A stretch of 63,998 bases of DNA, the filler included, from Porpidia crustulata (Eukaryota): the NCBI GenBank assembly GCA_964255105.1. It is 5 parts of 5 records of this genome, joined end to end, with 100 filler letters (N's around TTAATTAATTAA, not from the genome) between each part and the next. Parts side by side here need not be neighbours in the genome. Positions count along the whole stretch, not along the records: positions 52,445 to 63,998 come from CAXUWE010000637.1; 4 more parts are not named here. One strand, written 5' to 3'. Of this stretch, positions 52,489 to 63,998 are shown piece after piece (position 1 is the first letter of the stretch; every line of letters starts with the position of its first letter). Under the pieces are notes generated by a model. The model did no database searches. It was not told the origin of the DNA and saw only the letters and a list, made by a program, of their open reading frames with translations. A program made the position numbers and the translations under genes.

Positions 52489-54686
52489 CTAAGTCGCCAG
52501 AACAGTGCTATTGCTCTCAACTTCCGTCGCAGTACCGACCAGATCCTTGAAATCCAATCCTACTTCATCCATCAAGGTCGCATGCTGTCGAGCGCCTTCC
52601 ATGCACCGCTTCCAAGCAGGACTATCCCGCGGAACGCTACTCAATTGCCGTGCAAGGATGACGTTAAAGCCGTCAAGATGTTCCTTGGCCCACTTGACGC
52701 ATGCGCTCATCATAAGCGGTAGGAAACATTGCTGGTAGTTGCTGACGGTATTTTTGATGAGGGTAAAGTATACGTATGATACCTCGAGGATGTATTGGGG
52801 AAGATTACCGTCGAAGACGCACTGTCGGGCTCGTTGCGCGATGACTCCGCTTCTCGCTCTTAGGTAAGCTTCCCTCGCGAGGTCGTCGAATCCCAAGCGT
52901 ACGAGCCATGCGACGTTCGTTTGAGTAGCCTTGACACCGGAGTGCGTCTCAACTAGACGCTGGGTCACGATTTCTGCGAATATGTTACGGTTGCCCTTCA
53001 AAGAAAAAGATTCTCCCGTGATTGACTGACCTGCAAGCTTGCTAGCGCGCTCGTTGACCTTGGTGGTAATGAGCTCTTTTACTATTACATTACCTTTAAG
53101 ACCTTTCGCGAGCCTGTGTAGAGTCTCAACGTGCCGGACTGCTTCCTCGAATCTCTGAAGCGCTAATTCAATGTCAAGCTCGTCGATCTGCCCTTCAATC
53201 CATCTAAGATTCTTTTGCTTCCCATCGACATCTATCAGAACTTCGGGACGATCTTTGGTGGTACTGAGTGACTTCAATAGATCTGTCTTATTTGATAATG
53301 TAGGGTCTCTTGTTGCAAGATAATCCATCGTTTCCTTGCTTGTGTTGCCAAGATTCTCGCCATCGGCTTGTAGTGACCTACGCAGCTCATCTGCAGCTCT
53401 TCTGAAGGCAAGCAGCAAATTGGCCTTCTCCGTGGTAGACGATCGGTCACTGCGATATGTGAAAGACTCATGGCCATAACGAATGCTAATCGCGTTCGAC
53501 ATCTCGCTTCTATCGCCGGCTCCATTCGCTCGAGTCGATCCACTGTCGGACACAAGATCAATCATGTCAATGTCTTGGAGAGGCCAGCATTTATCAGCGA
53601 CTAGTCTAGTCGTCGATTTCCTCTCAGTATCGCCGTTGACAGCGATATTCGGGTCCATGCGCCTTTTCTTCCGTGTTGCAACCATGAGATGGTCGTTGAG
53701 CAAGAAAATGTGCGCAGGCCGCCTCGCTTTCCATGTTGCAGCATCCAGTTCCACCCAATGACCTTGTTCATGAACGACATGCCTACCAGGTATTGCAGGC
53801 AAAAACTTCTGCGATCCTTCGACGTTCTGCCACAAAGTGCGTAGCTGTACGTTGTACATAGCTTCCAAGTTTGCAACTGAACTTCGATTCGCCTGCTTCC
53901 GTGCCCTTGTTGCACTGTTGTCATTCGTTGGCCGTGCTTCTGGTATTGCCATACTTGACGAGGTCCCCAGCGAATATGTGAGCTCCGACATAAGACCACG
54001 AAGGGTCCTCATTTCTCCTTTTAGCTTCTCGGCCTCTCTGCTAATCTTGATAAATTGCGCCCGATTCTGATAAACGTTCTGTTGAAGGTCTGTGGAGGTC
54101 CGATTCTTAGTCTTGCGAAGGCCAGACTGGTAATTACGTAGGTCCTGGTCAGAGGCTTCTGATAGAAGGTTCGTCGCATCTTTAAATGATTAGCTTACAC
54201 ACAAGAATTAGGTAGACTTCTGCCCCATAGCTGAGTATTATAGAAAGCGGGAAACTTCATATTATACAACCCGTAGTCAGGGGGTGAGAGGAGTAGATAG
54301 AGCATCTTACAGTGCTCGGCTTGTAGATCCGGATCTCTCAAGGCCAAAAGGTCAACCGCGATCCTCTGATTTGCAGCAGGAGCTGCGTGAGCCCTTTGCT
54401 GAAACCGTTGATTTTCTGGGAGTTTAGGAATAGGAGGCACATCAGTGCTATTGAGGTCCGGGACCTGTGTGAAGCGCGTGGAATATCTTCTTTTTACGAG
54501 ATCTGAAGCGTTACCGCCAAGCTTAGGTCTTTCGGCATCCGGACGAGGAGTCGGCCCGCTACTACCATTTGGGCGGGAGATTTGATGTGATGATGCATGG
54601 CTGGATACCTGTTTTGGAGCACTGATAGGTGGACGCCGCGATGATTTTTTTTGGCGGAGCGAAAAGCCTTTTCCCTTGTCCTCCAT
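52489..54686 (-). CDS. EXO84: Exocyst complex component Exo84
   Basis: DLVKRRYSTRF, TDLQQNVYQNRAQFIKISREAEKLKGEM, PH-like WVELDAATWK..HIFLLNDHLMVA, SACVKWAKEH. Confidence 0.93.
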
Positions 54687-54969
54687 TCTTCCCAGTAGGT
54701 CCGCGATATACGCGATGACTTTGATCGGACAGGTGGCAGGGGTGGAGTGCTCGAAAAGGCAATATCTGCATGAAGTTTGTAGGTCTAAGGCACTTGGCAC
54801 TAAGGTGCTCCACTGGCATAAGGCTGAACATATCTCTGTAAATGCGGAATAGATTCCGACCTCTAGCCTTGAGTCTCGCTCGAAAATTATAGAGCATTTC
54901 TACGTCTCAGTCAGTGCCCTCTAAAACTCGATCTGTGCAAGTCTTTTGACCTCTTTCTGTGCTGTGAAA

Positions 54970-55642
54970 ATGTCATCCTCCATGCGAACGTCGACAATCG
55001 CAGTTGCATCCGTGGGATTTGTTATTACAGGTTTCTTAGGTACGTCATGTACTGGGCGCAGCCTGAGCTCATTGCCCAGAAGCTGCCAGTGTCTATCAAG
55101 ATAAAATAGGGAAGCTCACTTGAGATCAATCTAGCATATGCAGTCTATTTCGATCATAAGCGGCGGACGGATCCCGAATTTCGTAAAGCTCTGAAAAGGG
55201 AGTCAAAAAAGGAAGCACGCGCCGCTAAAGAGGAAGCCGAAGTGCAAGGGGTCCAGCAACGGCAAGCAATCAAAACGGCTGTCGCTGAAGCTCAAGAAGA
55301 AGGATTTCCAACCGTTGTAGAAGACAAGGAAGCATACTTTATGTTCCAGGTTGAACGAGGAGAGGTTTTGTGTCAAGGCGGTATCCTACCTCTATAACCA
55401 CCCAAATCTTACCTCATGCTAATAAGCTTACCGCAGGGTCTGATCAAGTCGAGGCAGCAGTATGTTTTTACAAAGCTCTGAAGGTTTATCCCCAACCTAG
55501 AGACCTCATCTCGATCTACGACAAGACCGTGGCCAAACCTGTGCTCGATATACTGGCAGAGATGGTTGCCTTGGATCCTTCAATAAATGTTGGTCCATTT
55601 GGTGGTAGTCAAGGTTCTGATGCTGGTGGTCTGGATGATTGA
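54970..55642 (+). CDS. TOM20: Mitochondrial import receptor Tom20 (3 exons)
   Basis: N-terminal TM anchor, [51 protein letters not shown]. Confidence 0.95.
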
Positions 55643-56740
55643 GATACCCTCTCCACCGATTGATTGATCGATCAATACCACAACATACCTCATCTCTTCT
55701 CTCGGCATGAACGGCTACTTTTCACGAGGATCAACCCTCGGCATTGTATTATTGTACATTATTCCCGGGACCTAGACTTGGATCTGGGCAATTGTTGTCG
55801 AAGTGGGCAGCGTATAGACGGGGAATCCTGATAGGGGGACGAGGACTACGGGCACAGCGGGCATTTTGGCATCACGAAGCTTGGCGCAGTCTTTATACGT
55901 TGATAGTCAGGAGATCCAGAATACCAAGTAATTGGTGCCTTAGCCTACGAACAATGAGTACCAAACCTCAACGCCCCATCAAAGCCAGCGCAAGTCATCA
56001 ATGCTAAATCTGTCTCCGTGTACCCTCCCGACCTTAAAATGCAGGGGAAGTAGAAGAAAGATATTCCGAGTTTGCTTCGAGAGCAATTTTACATATAAAC
56101 TCATCTAAACAGAGAAGTCATTAGCTTGAAATACACGGCCATTACTTTGAGTGCGTTCGTTTTTTAAATCGACATATCGTTGCGTCAAGCTCGAATATAG
56201 TAGGCACTGTAAGATGTTAAATATCCATAGACACATCATCACTTCGAACCTGCGTTCGGCACGGACTTATCGTTGAACAGTGACTTGAGAGTCACAAAGC
56301 AGTGAGATGTGTAAGTGCTGAGCGTGAAAGTTCGACTTGCTCCTCTTCGTTGATCCAAAATTTCCCACCTGAGGTAAGGCAATACATTTGGAGATTAGTG
56401 CTTAACACATTCTTAATGTTTCAGAACAGTTTCATTGCGGCAGCCGATTGGCGTCTGACCCTTCAGACAAGTAGATAAGATTAAAATTGTCGAGCAGTTG
56501 CGGGAGGTGGGAGGGAGACCCTCGGCAAATTAATTAAAAAGGTCGCAAGTAGAGTGAAGTACTTGTAATCTATGGCAACATATACTCATCCTTGACAGTA
56601 AAGGTGGAAGTGGGCTCTTTCCTTTCCAGTCTTATTACTCACTTGCTGTTGTCTACTCAGCGTTCATTCTTTTAAGATCGTTGCGATTTCTTTTTCTCCT
56701 GAAGGATTTGATTCCTTGTGCTGATCACCCCACATCAAGT

Positions 56741-58319
56741 ATGCTTCCAGTAAGTTCAGCGCAAGGATAGCAAGTACGCAATCATCCACTAACATGATGG
56801 ATTTCAACGCAGTCACACAATGCTGTTTATCTAGTTGTGGCACTTTACGCCGCCGTTGCATTAGCTGTGCAACCCCTCAAAGTCTCGGGCTCTGACTTTA
56901 TCAATTCGGTCACAAACGCCCGATTTCAAATCATTGGCGTTGCGTATGAACCCGGTTAATTGAGTCGCGTTCTTGCGTAGAACTGACCTAGACATCAGCT
57001 ATCAGCCGGGTGGCTCCTCTGGGTTCAATCCAGGCTCTGACCCTCTGAGCAATGGGACAACCTGCCTGCGCGATGCCGCACTGATGCAAAGACTTGGTAT
57101 AAACACCATCCGAGTCTACAACCTCGATCCAACCGTCAATCATGACATGTGTGCCAGCATCTTCAACGCTGTTGGCATCTATATGTTACTGGACGTCAAT
57201 TCGCCACTCTCTGGCCAAAGTCTGAACCCTGACGATCTTACTGGCTCATATACTTCTGACTACCTCAACCGCATATTCGAGGTCGTGGAAGCCTTCAAAG
57301 ACTTTCCTAACACACTAGGTTTCTTTGGTGGCAATGAGAATATGAACAGCATACCCCGTGGAGGACCCACGCCACCATACCTGAGAGCTGTTACCCGGGA
57401 TCTCAAGAACTACATTTCCAAGCACGCAAAGCGAATTATCCCTGTCGGTTACTCTGCTGCAGATGTTCGAGATATTCTAGCAGATTCATGGGCATATCTT
57501 TCGTGCGACATCAATGGCTCATCTTCAGATATGTCAAGAATTGACTTCTTTGGCTTGAACTCCTATTCGTGGTGTGGAAAAGATGCGAATTATCAGTCAT
57601 CTGGATATGACGTCCTGGTTCAGCAATTTTCGAATACCACAATCCCTGTATTCTTCTCCGAGTACGGCTGCAACAAACCCCTTCCCCGGGTATTCTACGA
57701 AGTCCAAACCCTTTATGGTCCACAAATGACCGCCGTGATGTCTGGTGGTCTAGTCTACGAATACTCTCAGGATCCTGCCAATGATTTTGGACTTGTGGTA
57801 TTAAATGACAACGGGACTGCTGAGATTCGAATAGACTACGATAACCTGCAGAAACAATTCAACAAGCTTGACGTCAAGTCGCTCGAATCAAGCAACTCCT
57901 CTGCGACAATGGTAAAGTCGCCAAAGTGCGCTAGCGATCTCATCGTGTCAGGGAGCTTCAATAACAGCTTTACTTTGCCGTCAATACCATCAGGCGGTCA
58001 AAAACTCATTGACAGCGGCATAGACAAGCCAAATAATGGCAAGCTGGTTTCTGTAACGCAGACCCAAGTCTCAGCGGCAGTGTACGGCAGTAATGGTAAC
58101 CCCATTCACGGCCTCAAGATCTCACCACTACCCAACGACCAAAGCAATACACCTAATGGGCAAGATACGTCTGGGTCAGCGTCATCTTCGTCGTCGTTTG
58201 CAACTTCTGCAACTCCCACGCCAACCACGAAGAGTGGCGCTGGGCAAATTGCAATTAGCCTCTATGGTCTGGTGGGAGTGATGGTAGTAATTGTATTTCA
58301 TGTACTTCTAGGGGTTTAG
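56741..58319 (+). CDS. GH72 beta-1,3-glucanosyltransferase (Gas/Gel family, no X8 domain), GPI-anchored
   Basis: Signal peptide; GVAYQPGG, GINTIRVY, GNE, IPVGYSAAD, FFGLNSYSWCG, FFSEYGCN; Ser/Thr stretch and hydrophobic C-terminus. Confidence 0.95.
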
Positions 58320-60040
58320 ACATGGAATCACTATTTATATTTCGCCGGACGAAAGGGTTTGCGGAAATTCATACAGTGTATTGATTGCAGTAAGAGCTTC
58401 TAGAATTACAACTTCATGTCTTTTTCAAGGACATGGTTTTTGCGTGTTCTTCATGTGAAGCCAGCAAGTGGTTGAACTGTATCAGGTAGCAGAATTGAGT
58501 TTAGACTGTTGACGGCGATGTTATCCACGATGATAGTACCGTAGTATAGTAAGCTGATTTGACGACCTCCTCATGGGAGGTGGAGGTGTTCATAATTCAC
58601 CAATCGCGTGTCCTCCAGAAACCGGAAGTACAAAAGATGGAACTTACGATTTATATCGGATTATTGCCTCTTATGTACTGTCATGTGGCGATCCTGTAAA
58701 CTATACATATGTTTATAGCCTGGCACCATAGCAGAGCGACTTGCTTAATAATGATACCTAGATAGTTTGGAAACAGCGGGTTCATTTGATGTACATAAAA
58801 CCCTACCACCACGAAAGAAGTGTCGACCTCTGATTAGATTCAGTGCAATTGAGCCAGAGACTGCATATCTATGAACCGGGTAAAAGTACAATGAGAATTC
58901 TTCACATCTTGATAAATCTCGAATATGTGATGTATTTGACCTGCCTTCTATGAAACAGGTCGATGTTTGGTGTTTTGATAATTGTCAGGGCTTTATCCAG
59001 GTGCTACATGTTTTCATCGAAGTCTTCAGCTTGGACTCATCGATGTGTTGTAGTTTGAGCGATGATCTTGAGAGCATCGTCAAAGCTTTTCGACCGCAGT
59101 TTTTCTTGCCACTGTGCACTACAAGTAGAGAGTGTCGTAACAAATATTATCAACGACCCGCAAGTTTATATTGTGTTGTTGTAGTAGACTCTACGATCAT
59201 CGGGATACTTAAATACCACTCGCTCTGACTTGATCGTAATTGCATTAATACTTGTATATATATATATGATATACACCCCGAACTTAGGATCGAGTATTTG
59301 GTTCGGGAAAGGGAGCAGGGTCGCTTTAGAGGGAATATCAAGGGAGCAAAAGGGAGCAGCGAGAAAGTAGGGAGAAGCATCGAGGCTTGCGAGGGAGCAT
59401 TAAAGAGAGCACTATGGGTCAGTGCAGGGGCACAGCAGGTAGGAGCCTGAAATGGCTTCCTCGGTCTCGATTTGGGCTGCCCTCGTTGTTTTTATCTTCC
59501 CACAGGATCCTTTTAACAGTCAGAAATAATTATGCCGTGCCAAAGCAGGACCAGATTTATTGTAGAAGCAATAGATTTGGGGTTTGACATCTGTGTTCCA
59601 ATAGTTATGCGCTTGCAAATTCTCTGGCAGCCCATCATACTGCCTGAAATGATACAGGCCTATGAAACTCCATAACAGAACTAAATACTGCAGTAGAAGA
59701 TTTATCTACCTAATTGGAATGCAACCCGTCTCAGTATAATAGGTATTGGATGTGATACAAGTGCAACAGAAACCTGTGCTAAGTCGCATGTGGTATGATT
59801 TTCAGGCACTTGCACTTCTCACAGAGAGCCCAGCCCATTTTACCTTTTATGTGATCGCAAAGAGCTGTTAGCCGAAGTTCGTCAAGTAAAATGGTTTAAT
59901 CAAGTACGCGCTGACTTGATCAAGTACAACGCCTACTTGATATTAGACGTTTAATTCGTCAAGTATATCTTAACAAATCAAGCTCGGCGAACTACCTACA
60001 GGGCTAGCCTCGGGTTGAGTACGACAGCCGCCCGGACGAC

Positions 60041-60359
60041 CCTTTTATACCTTAGGCGGTCTAAAATTTAAGGTTAAAAAATCATATATAGCTCTTCCGC
60101 GATAATAATATTATATTTTGAAGTAAAACACTGAACTGAAATGTGACGTTTAAATATCTAAGAATTTGCACGTCATTAATTAAAACATCTGCTCGCTATC
60201 TTGAAGAGTGTTTTGTTTTGAAAATGATGCGTTGTGAATTGACAAATTGAACGTGATTTTTGAAATCGATGTCGCTAGACAAAATATATGACTTAGGAGA
60301 CGGGATATCCCCTACTGGCGCAATGACTAAAAATTTTAGACCGCCTGAGGTATAAAAGG
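60041..60359. mobile_element. MITE-like element, ~319 bp, 29-bp terminal inverted repeats
   Basis: CCTTTTATACCTTAGGCGGTCTAAAATTT (60041-60069) matches the reverse complement of 60331-60359 with one mismatch. AT-rich non-coding interior. Confidence 0.82.
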
Positions 60360-62252
60360 TTCCCTATAGCAGGCGGTTGGGGAAGACAAGCCCGCGCTCA
60401 ACCTCCAGCACTTCTGAACACGAGGCTGAAAGTAGTAATAAAGTTGCAGGAATTCTGCAAATATGCTCCAGCAGCTCCACCTATCACAATCTCGAATCGA
60501 ATGCAGGCAGACTTACCATAAGATTGTGCGCGTATCACCAGCGTCGGTACCCTCCATCACGGAACAAATGCTTCCCGCTGCGACTCACTCAAGAACATGC
60601 CTAACTCATTCGAAGCCTTGGGACGACTGAGCGATTGGGTATGTGGCAGCCACATTCTCAGTCGCGGCGGTTTAGACATGCGCTGACCGGAAGATCTATA
60701 GGCCGACACATGTTTCGAAATGATGTGCTATCCATGCAGAGAGCCAGAACCTTCCTCCTCTGACCAACGAACGTTCCACCAGATTACGCACCTTCTTAAA
60801 ATCTCTCAAGCACCAAGTTTTCCATTTGAATCAAAGGTGTGAATATCGGTTATCGCAAGGTTGTGATTTTCGTAAGTATCTTACGACTCATGTCTAATGA
60901 CACCAATGAGGGACTACCCGATGCCCTGCTGGAGAAACAACATGAAAGTGGATATTATCCTTAATTAAAAACAAGATGATTTACAATTTGACTCCGGCAA
61001 CGCCTGGTAGTACGTTAATTACGATAAAGCAAAGATCTTGGAGTTTAAGCTGAGCGCGGAAAGGGATGGAATCAGACAAGATTGCCACATACGACGGGAA
61101 TAAAAGCTTGTCTCTCAACATTCTTCGAGGCATTCCATGCTTGGATGTTACAGAAGAAGAAAAGATACAACCTTGGTACAATGAATCCTATAAATGGCAA
61201 GACAGGGAGGTTCCTAGCAGAAAAGCGATCAGCCTCAAGATAGAAGGAGCTCCCCAGGTGCACAAACAGCTTCTCATGCTTGGCATAAAGCCATCAAAGT
61301 AGAGAACCCCATTTGAAAGTTTCGGAGGAACAAAAGCCTCGCCTCAGCCTCTGGATCAGAGAAGATGAGAAAAGGGACGGGGTTGTCGTGAAACAGTGGG
61401 ATTGGCATGACTCTTGAGAAGTCGTGTCCGGTAAGAACAAGAGCGATAAGCCGAACCTCCGAGAACCTGTCGTTGCGCTTGACAAGGAGACCGCGACGGT
61501 CGAAACCAGAAACATGATAGAAGAGATCAAGTTGGATGGGAGAGCGGCAACGGAGAATCCTATTCGACGATGAAGTCCCACTTGACTGAGAAGGGAGATT
61601 CTGGCCAGGTTGATGGAACTACACTGCACTGTTATTTCACGATCTGGTGGTATGAATGGATGGCGGCGTTCGACTGCATATGTTTCTGTAATTGAAACTT
61701 CCTTCGCAAAGAGGAATCAAAGGATAAATACGAAGGAGCATCGACTTGGTTCTACATTTTGGGCCGCAATATAGTTTATAAACTAGCCTTCTTACGACAT
61801 GAATCTGTCAGAAGGTCAGTGGGAACACCATCGTTTTACAGAGACAACGCTGGCACGTCTGTCAATAACAGAATGATAACGCATTTCTCTTTCGTGGCTC
61901 AGGCTTTATATGGCGCTGCAAGATACATCTGCACAGATCATCAATCACCGTCTAAACGGCTCAAATGGGCCTTTTTCCCCGTTGTTAATTGGTTCAATCT
62001 TCAAACCCGAAATCGCGCAGGACCAGCCGCTTGTGAACTTGAAGTATCGCTCGCTTCTGGCGAATGAAGTCTCAATTGAAAGAATTCCCTCAGCGTGTGT
62101 CGCCTGTCGCATGACTTCATTTCGTTATAATTGTCCATCCAAGTCTCTAGATCTGAATTTGTTTTCCCAAACAGCTGCAAGTCTCTACAGCTCCCATTCT
62201 TCGGTTGATCCCCACTTCTGTTATCGCGGTCCTTCCAGAAGAGCCCAAGAAG

Positions 62253-63272
62253 ATGAACTTTATTCTGGTACTTTGTTTGATTTGGGATCTAACAACCCTT
62301 GGTGCTTTTGCTGTGAGTCTGCCTGCACAGACAAATTCAAGCTCGGCTATTTCCTTCAGTTCAAGCAGCTTCAAATCTTCCTCTGGGGACATTACTGGTC
62401 TTGGTGATATGCCTGAGTTGCACGTTGTCGTCCGTCGTCGAGATCCTCCTGTGCCGCTCAACAGGACATCATGCTATTTGAGCGCTGTTGAAATTGTCCA
62501 AACCCTTGCTCTTGATAACTATGACGGGGATATGGATGTCCAGGTATTTCACTACCGTGCGTATCCAGATGTCACAGTGACCTTCATTCCAACCAAAACG
62601 CTGGGCCTAATGAAGAGGAGCTATGCCCTGTTTGGATTCGTCGATAGTACGAATTATATGATTCAATACGACTACTTTGGCGCTATGCTTATGGAGCTTC
62701 AATTCAGATCAAGCCTAGTTGGCTGGATCAAATTCGAAAAGACAGAACAACATTCTGTCACGGCAACGGAAAGTAAGACGAACGTATCTCAAAACCTGGA
62801 AACAACAAACGACGTTTTACTAAATCCGAATGGCACGAGTAATCTTGCAACGGCAAGTGATGACGTCGATCTCAGCGATCCGTCAAACGCTCGGTTCAAA
62901 GTACTTATAGACTTCGTTGGTGGACCTCTCCCTCTCGTAGGCATTATGGTGGCCGTTTTAGCTGTGATGTCCGAAGCGGGTGAGCACAGCCGAACGGAAC
63001 ATTTAGAAGACAGATGGCGTATACAATTAACCCTATGGGATGTTCGGGTCGTCGTGGATCGTTTTGGGGGACAACCGTGGACGACTCCTCCATTCTTCGA
63101 CTATGAATGGCTGATCAAGGCGATGGTAAGAATTCCAAAGTTCATGTACAGCCAACGAATGTTCAACGAAGCGCGGATGGTCCTCGAGCTTGACGGCTTA
63201 CCTATTGGATATGTCGAGATTCAGAGATCAGTATCCGGTGAACAGATTGCTTCGACATCTCGCCGTGAGTAA
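62253..63272 (+). CDS. Secreted hypothetical protein with two tandem homologous domains
   Basis: Single exon; signal peptide MNFILVLCLIWDLTTLGAFA; N-glycosylation sequons; two ~100-aa units each ending M....F......L......(V/I)G(W/Y)(I/V). Confidence 0.8.
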   Translation: MNFILVLCLIWDLTTLGAFAVSLPAQTNSSSAISFSSSSFKSSSGDITGLGDMPELHVVVRRRDPPVPLNRTSCYLSAVEIVQTLALDNYDGDMDVQVFHYRAYPDVTVTFIPTKTLGLMKRSYALFGFVDSTNYMIQYDYFGAMLMELQFRSSLVGWIKFEKTEQHSVTATESKTNVSQNLETTNDVLLNPNGTSNLATASDDVDLSDPSNARFKVLIDFVGGPLPLVGIMVAVLAVMSEAGEHSRTEHLEDRWRIQLTLWDVRVVVDRFGGQPWTTPPFFDYEWLIKAMVRIPKFMYSQRMFNEARMVLELDGLPIGYVEIQRSVSGEQIASTSRRE

Positions 63273-63998
63273 TTCGAGGTGGAAATATGATAATAAGGAT
63301 GTTCTTCAATATTTGTTAGCGTATCGACGAAGTCAAGCGTGTCAAGGGATTTTTGCAAGGCAAAAAGGTAGCCAGTTGGTTGAGCGAGCGTAAACACCTA
63401 GTCTTCCCGGCTCTATGGAGTACTTGTAGAGGAGGGCGTAAGGAGTTCTAGAGTGCCCGATGGTGAGTTGGATTCAATCACGGACTCCTCGGAATATCTT
63501 TGCTTATCTACAAGCGGTAGCTTCCGATTAGCCTGATCTGACTTGGAGGCACGTCCTTCTACCAAGAGATCGAAACATCATCCTTCCAAGAATCAATGTT
63601 GTGAACGAACCATCACAGCCAATTATAGGGCTTGCCTGCGCGGGAACACATGACAATGCTTCCGCCCAGGCGACATCTACGTCGTTCGCTCCTATTCAGT
63701 CAATCGTCTACCGCTCAGCGTTTCGTGAGAACATAACATAATCCTCGTCTCTTCACACAAAACCCTTAGCTTCTTCTTGTCTCGACCATCAAGCCGCGCC
63801 CTCAGTTGCCTTTCCTACGCTAATTACAAATTTTCGATCTAACCTGATTAACTTTATTATTTTAACTAGTTTTATTATTCTCGTTGTTTTAACGTTAATA
63901 AAACTGCAGAGTTTTCATCTCTTCAGATTTTCTTTCGTATATTTATTGTAACGGTTGTCCCTTTAACAACACAAGATATAAACAGAGAGAGTAATAGA

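Noticed and set aside
47369..54686. Patatin gene next to exocyst gene EXO84, echoing the Neurospora plp-1/sec-9 guard pair
   Set aside because: The two genes are separated by an artificial linker in a size-sorted concatenation, so the adjacency is not evidence.
59300..59410. Several AGGGAGCA-like copies
   Set aside because: Irregular low-complexity purine tract with no defined unit or boundaries.
61040..61630. Purine-rich coding-like stretch
   Set aside because: Multiple stops and no recognisable motif; I cannot support a pseudogene call.

Overview
Intron-containing genomic DNA from a filamentous ascomycete; a lichen-forming Lecanoromycete is my guess, based on one secreted-protein family. 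The window is not one locus. Four 100-nt N44-TTAATTAATTAA-N44 linkers split it into five pieces of descending length (>=13035, 13017, 13012, 12980 and >=11554 bp), so adjacency across linkers carries no biological meaning. Recognisable genes are PIF1-family helicase, an L-galactonate dehydratase-like enolase, COQ6 (partial), a Ca/calmodulin-dependent kinase, EXO84, TOM20, a GH72 glucanosyltransferase, a type-B carboxylesterase and a PTH11-like membrane protein. There are also several uncharacterised genes, pseudogenes and two MITE-like elements. Two features stand out. (1) A large multi-exon gene (47369 to >52344) fuses a B-box-like Zn finger, a GB1/RHD3 (GBP/atlastin)-like GTPase, a RING-like finger and a motif-intact patatin phospholipase, making it a candidate fungal immune or cell-death module. 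(2) The first contig looks like a decayed mobile island: three small Myb/SANT-like genes around a ruined DUF3505/TLH-like gene and a 37-bp palindrome-bearing tandem array. All family assignments come from motif recognition by eye, not database searches.
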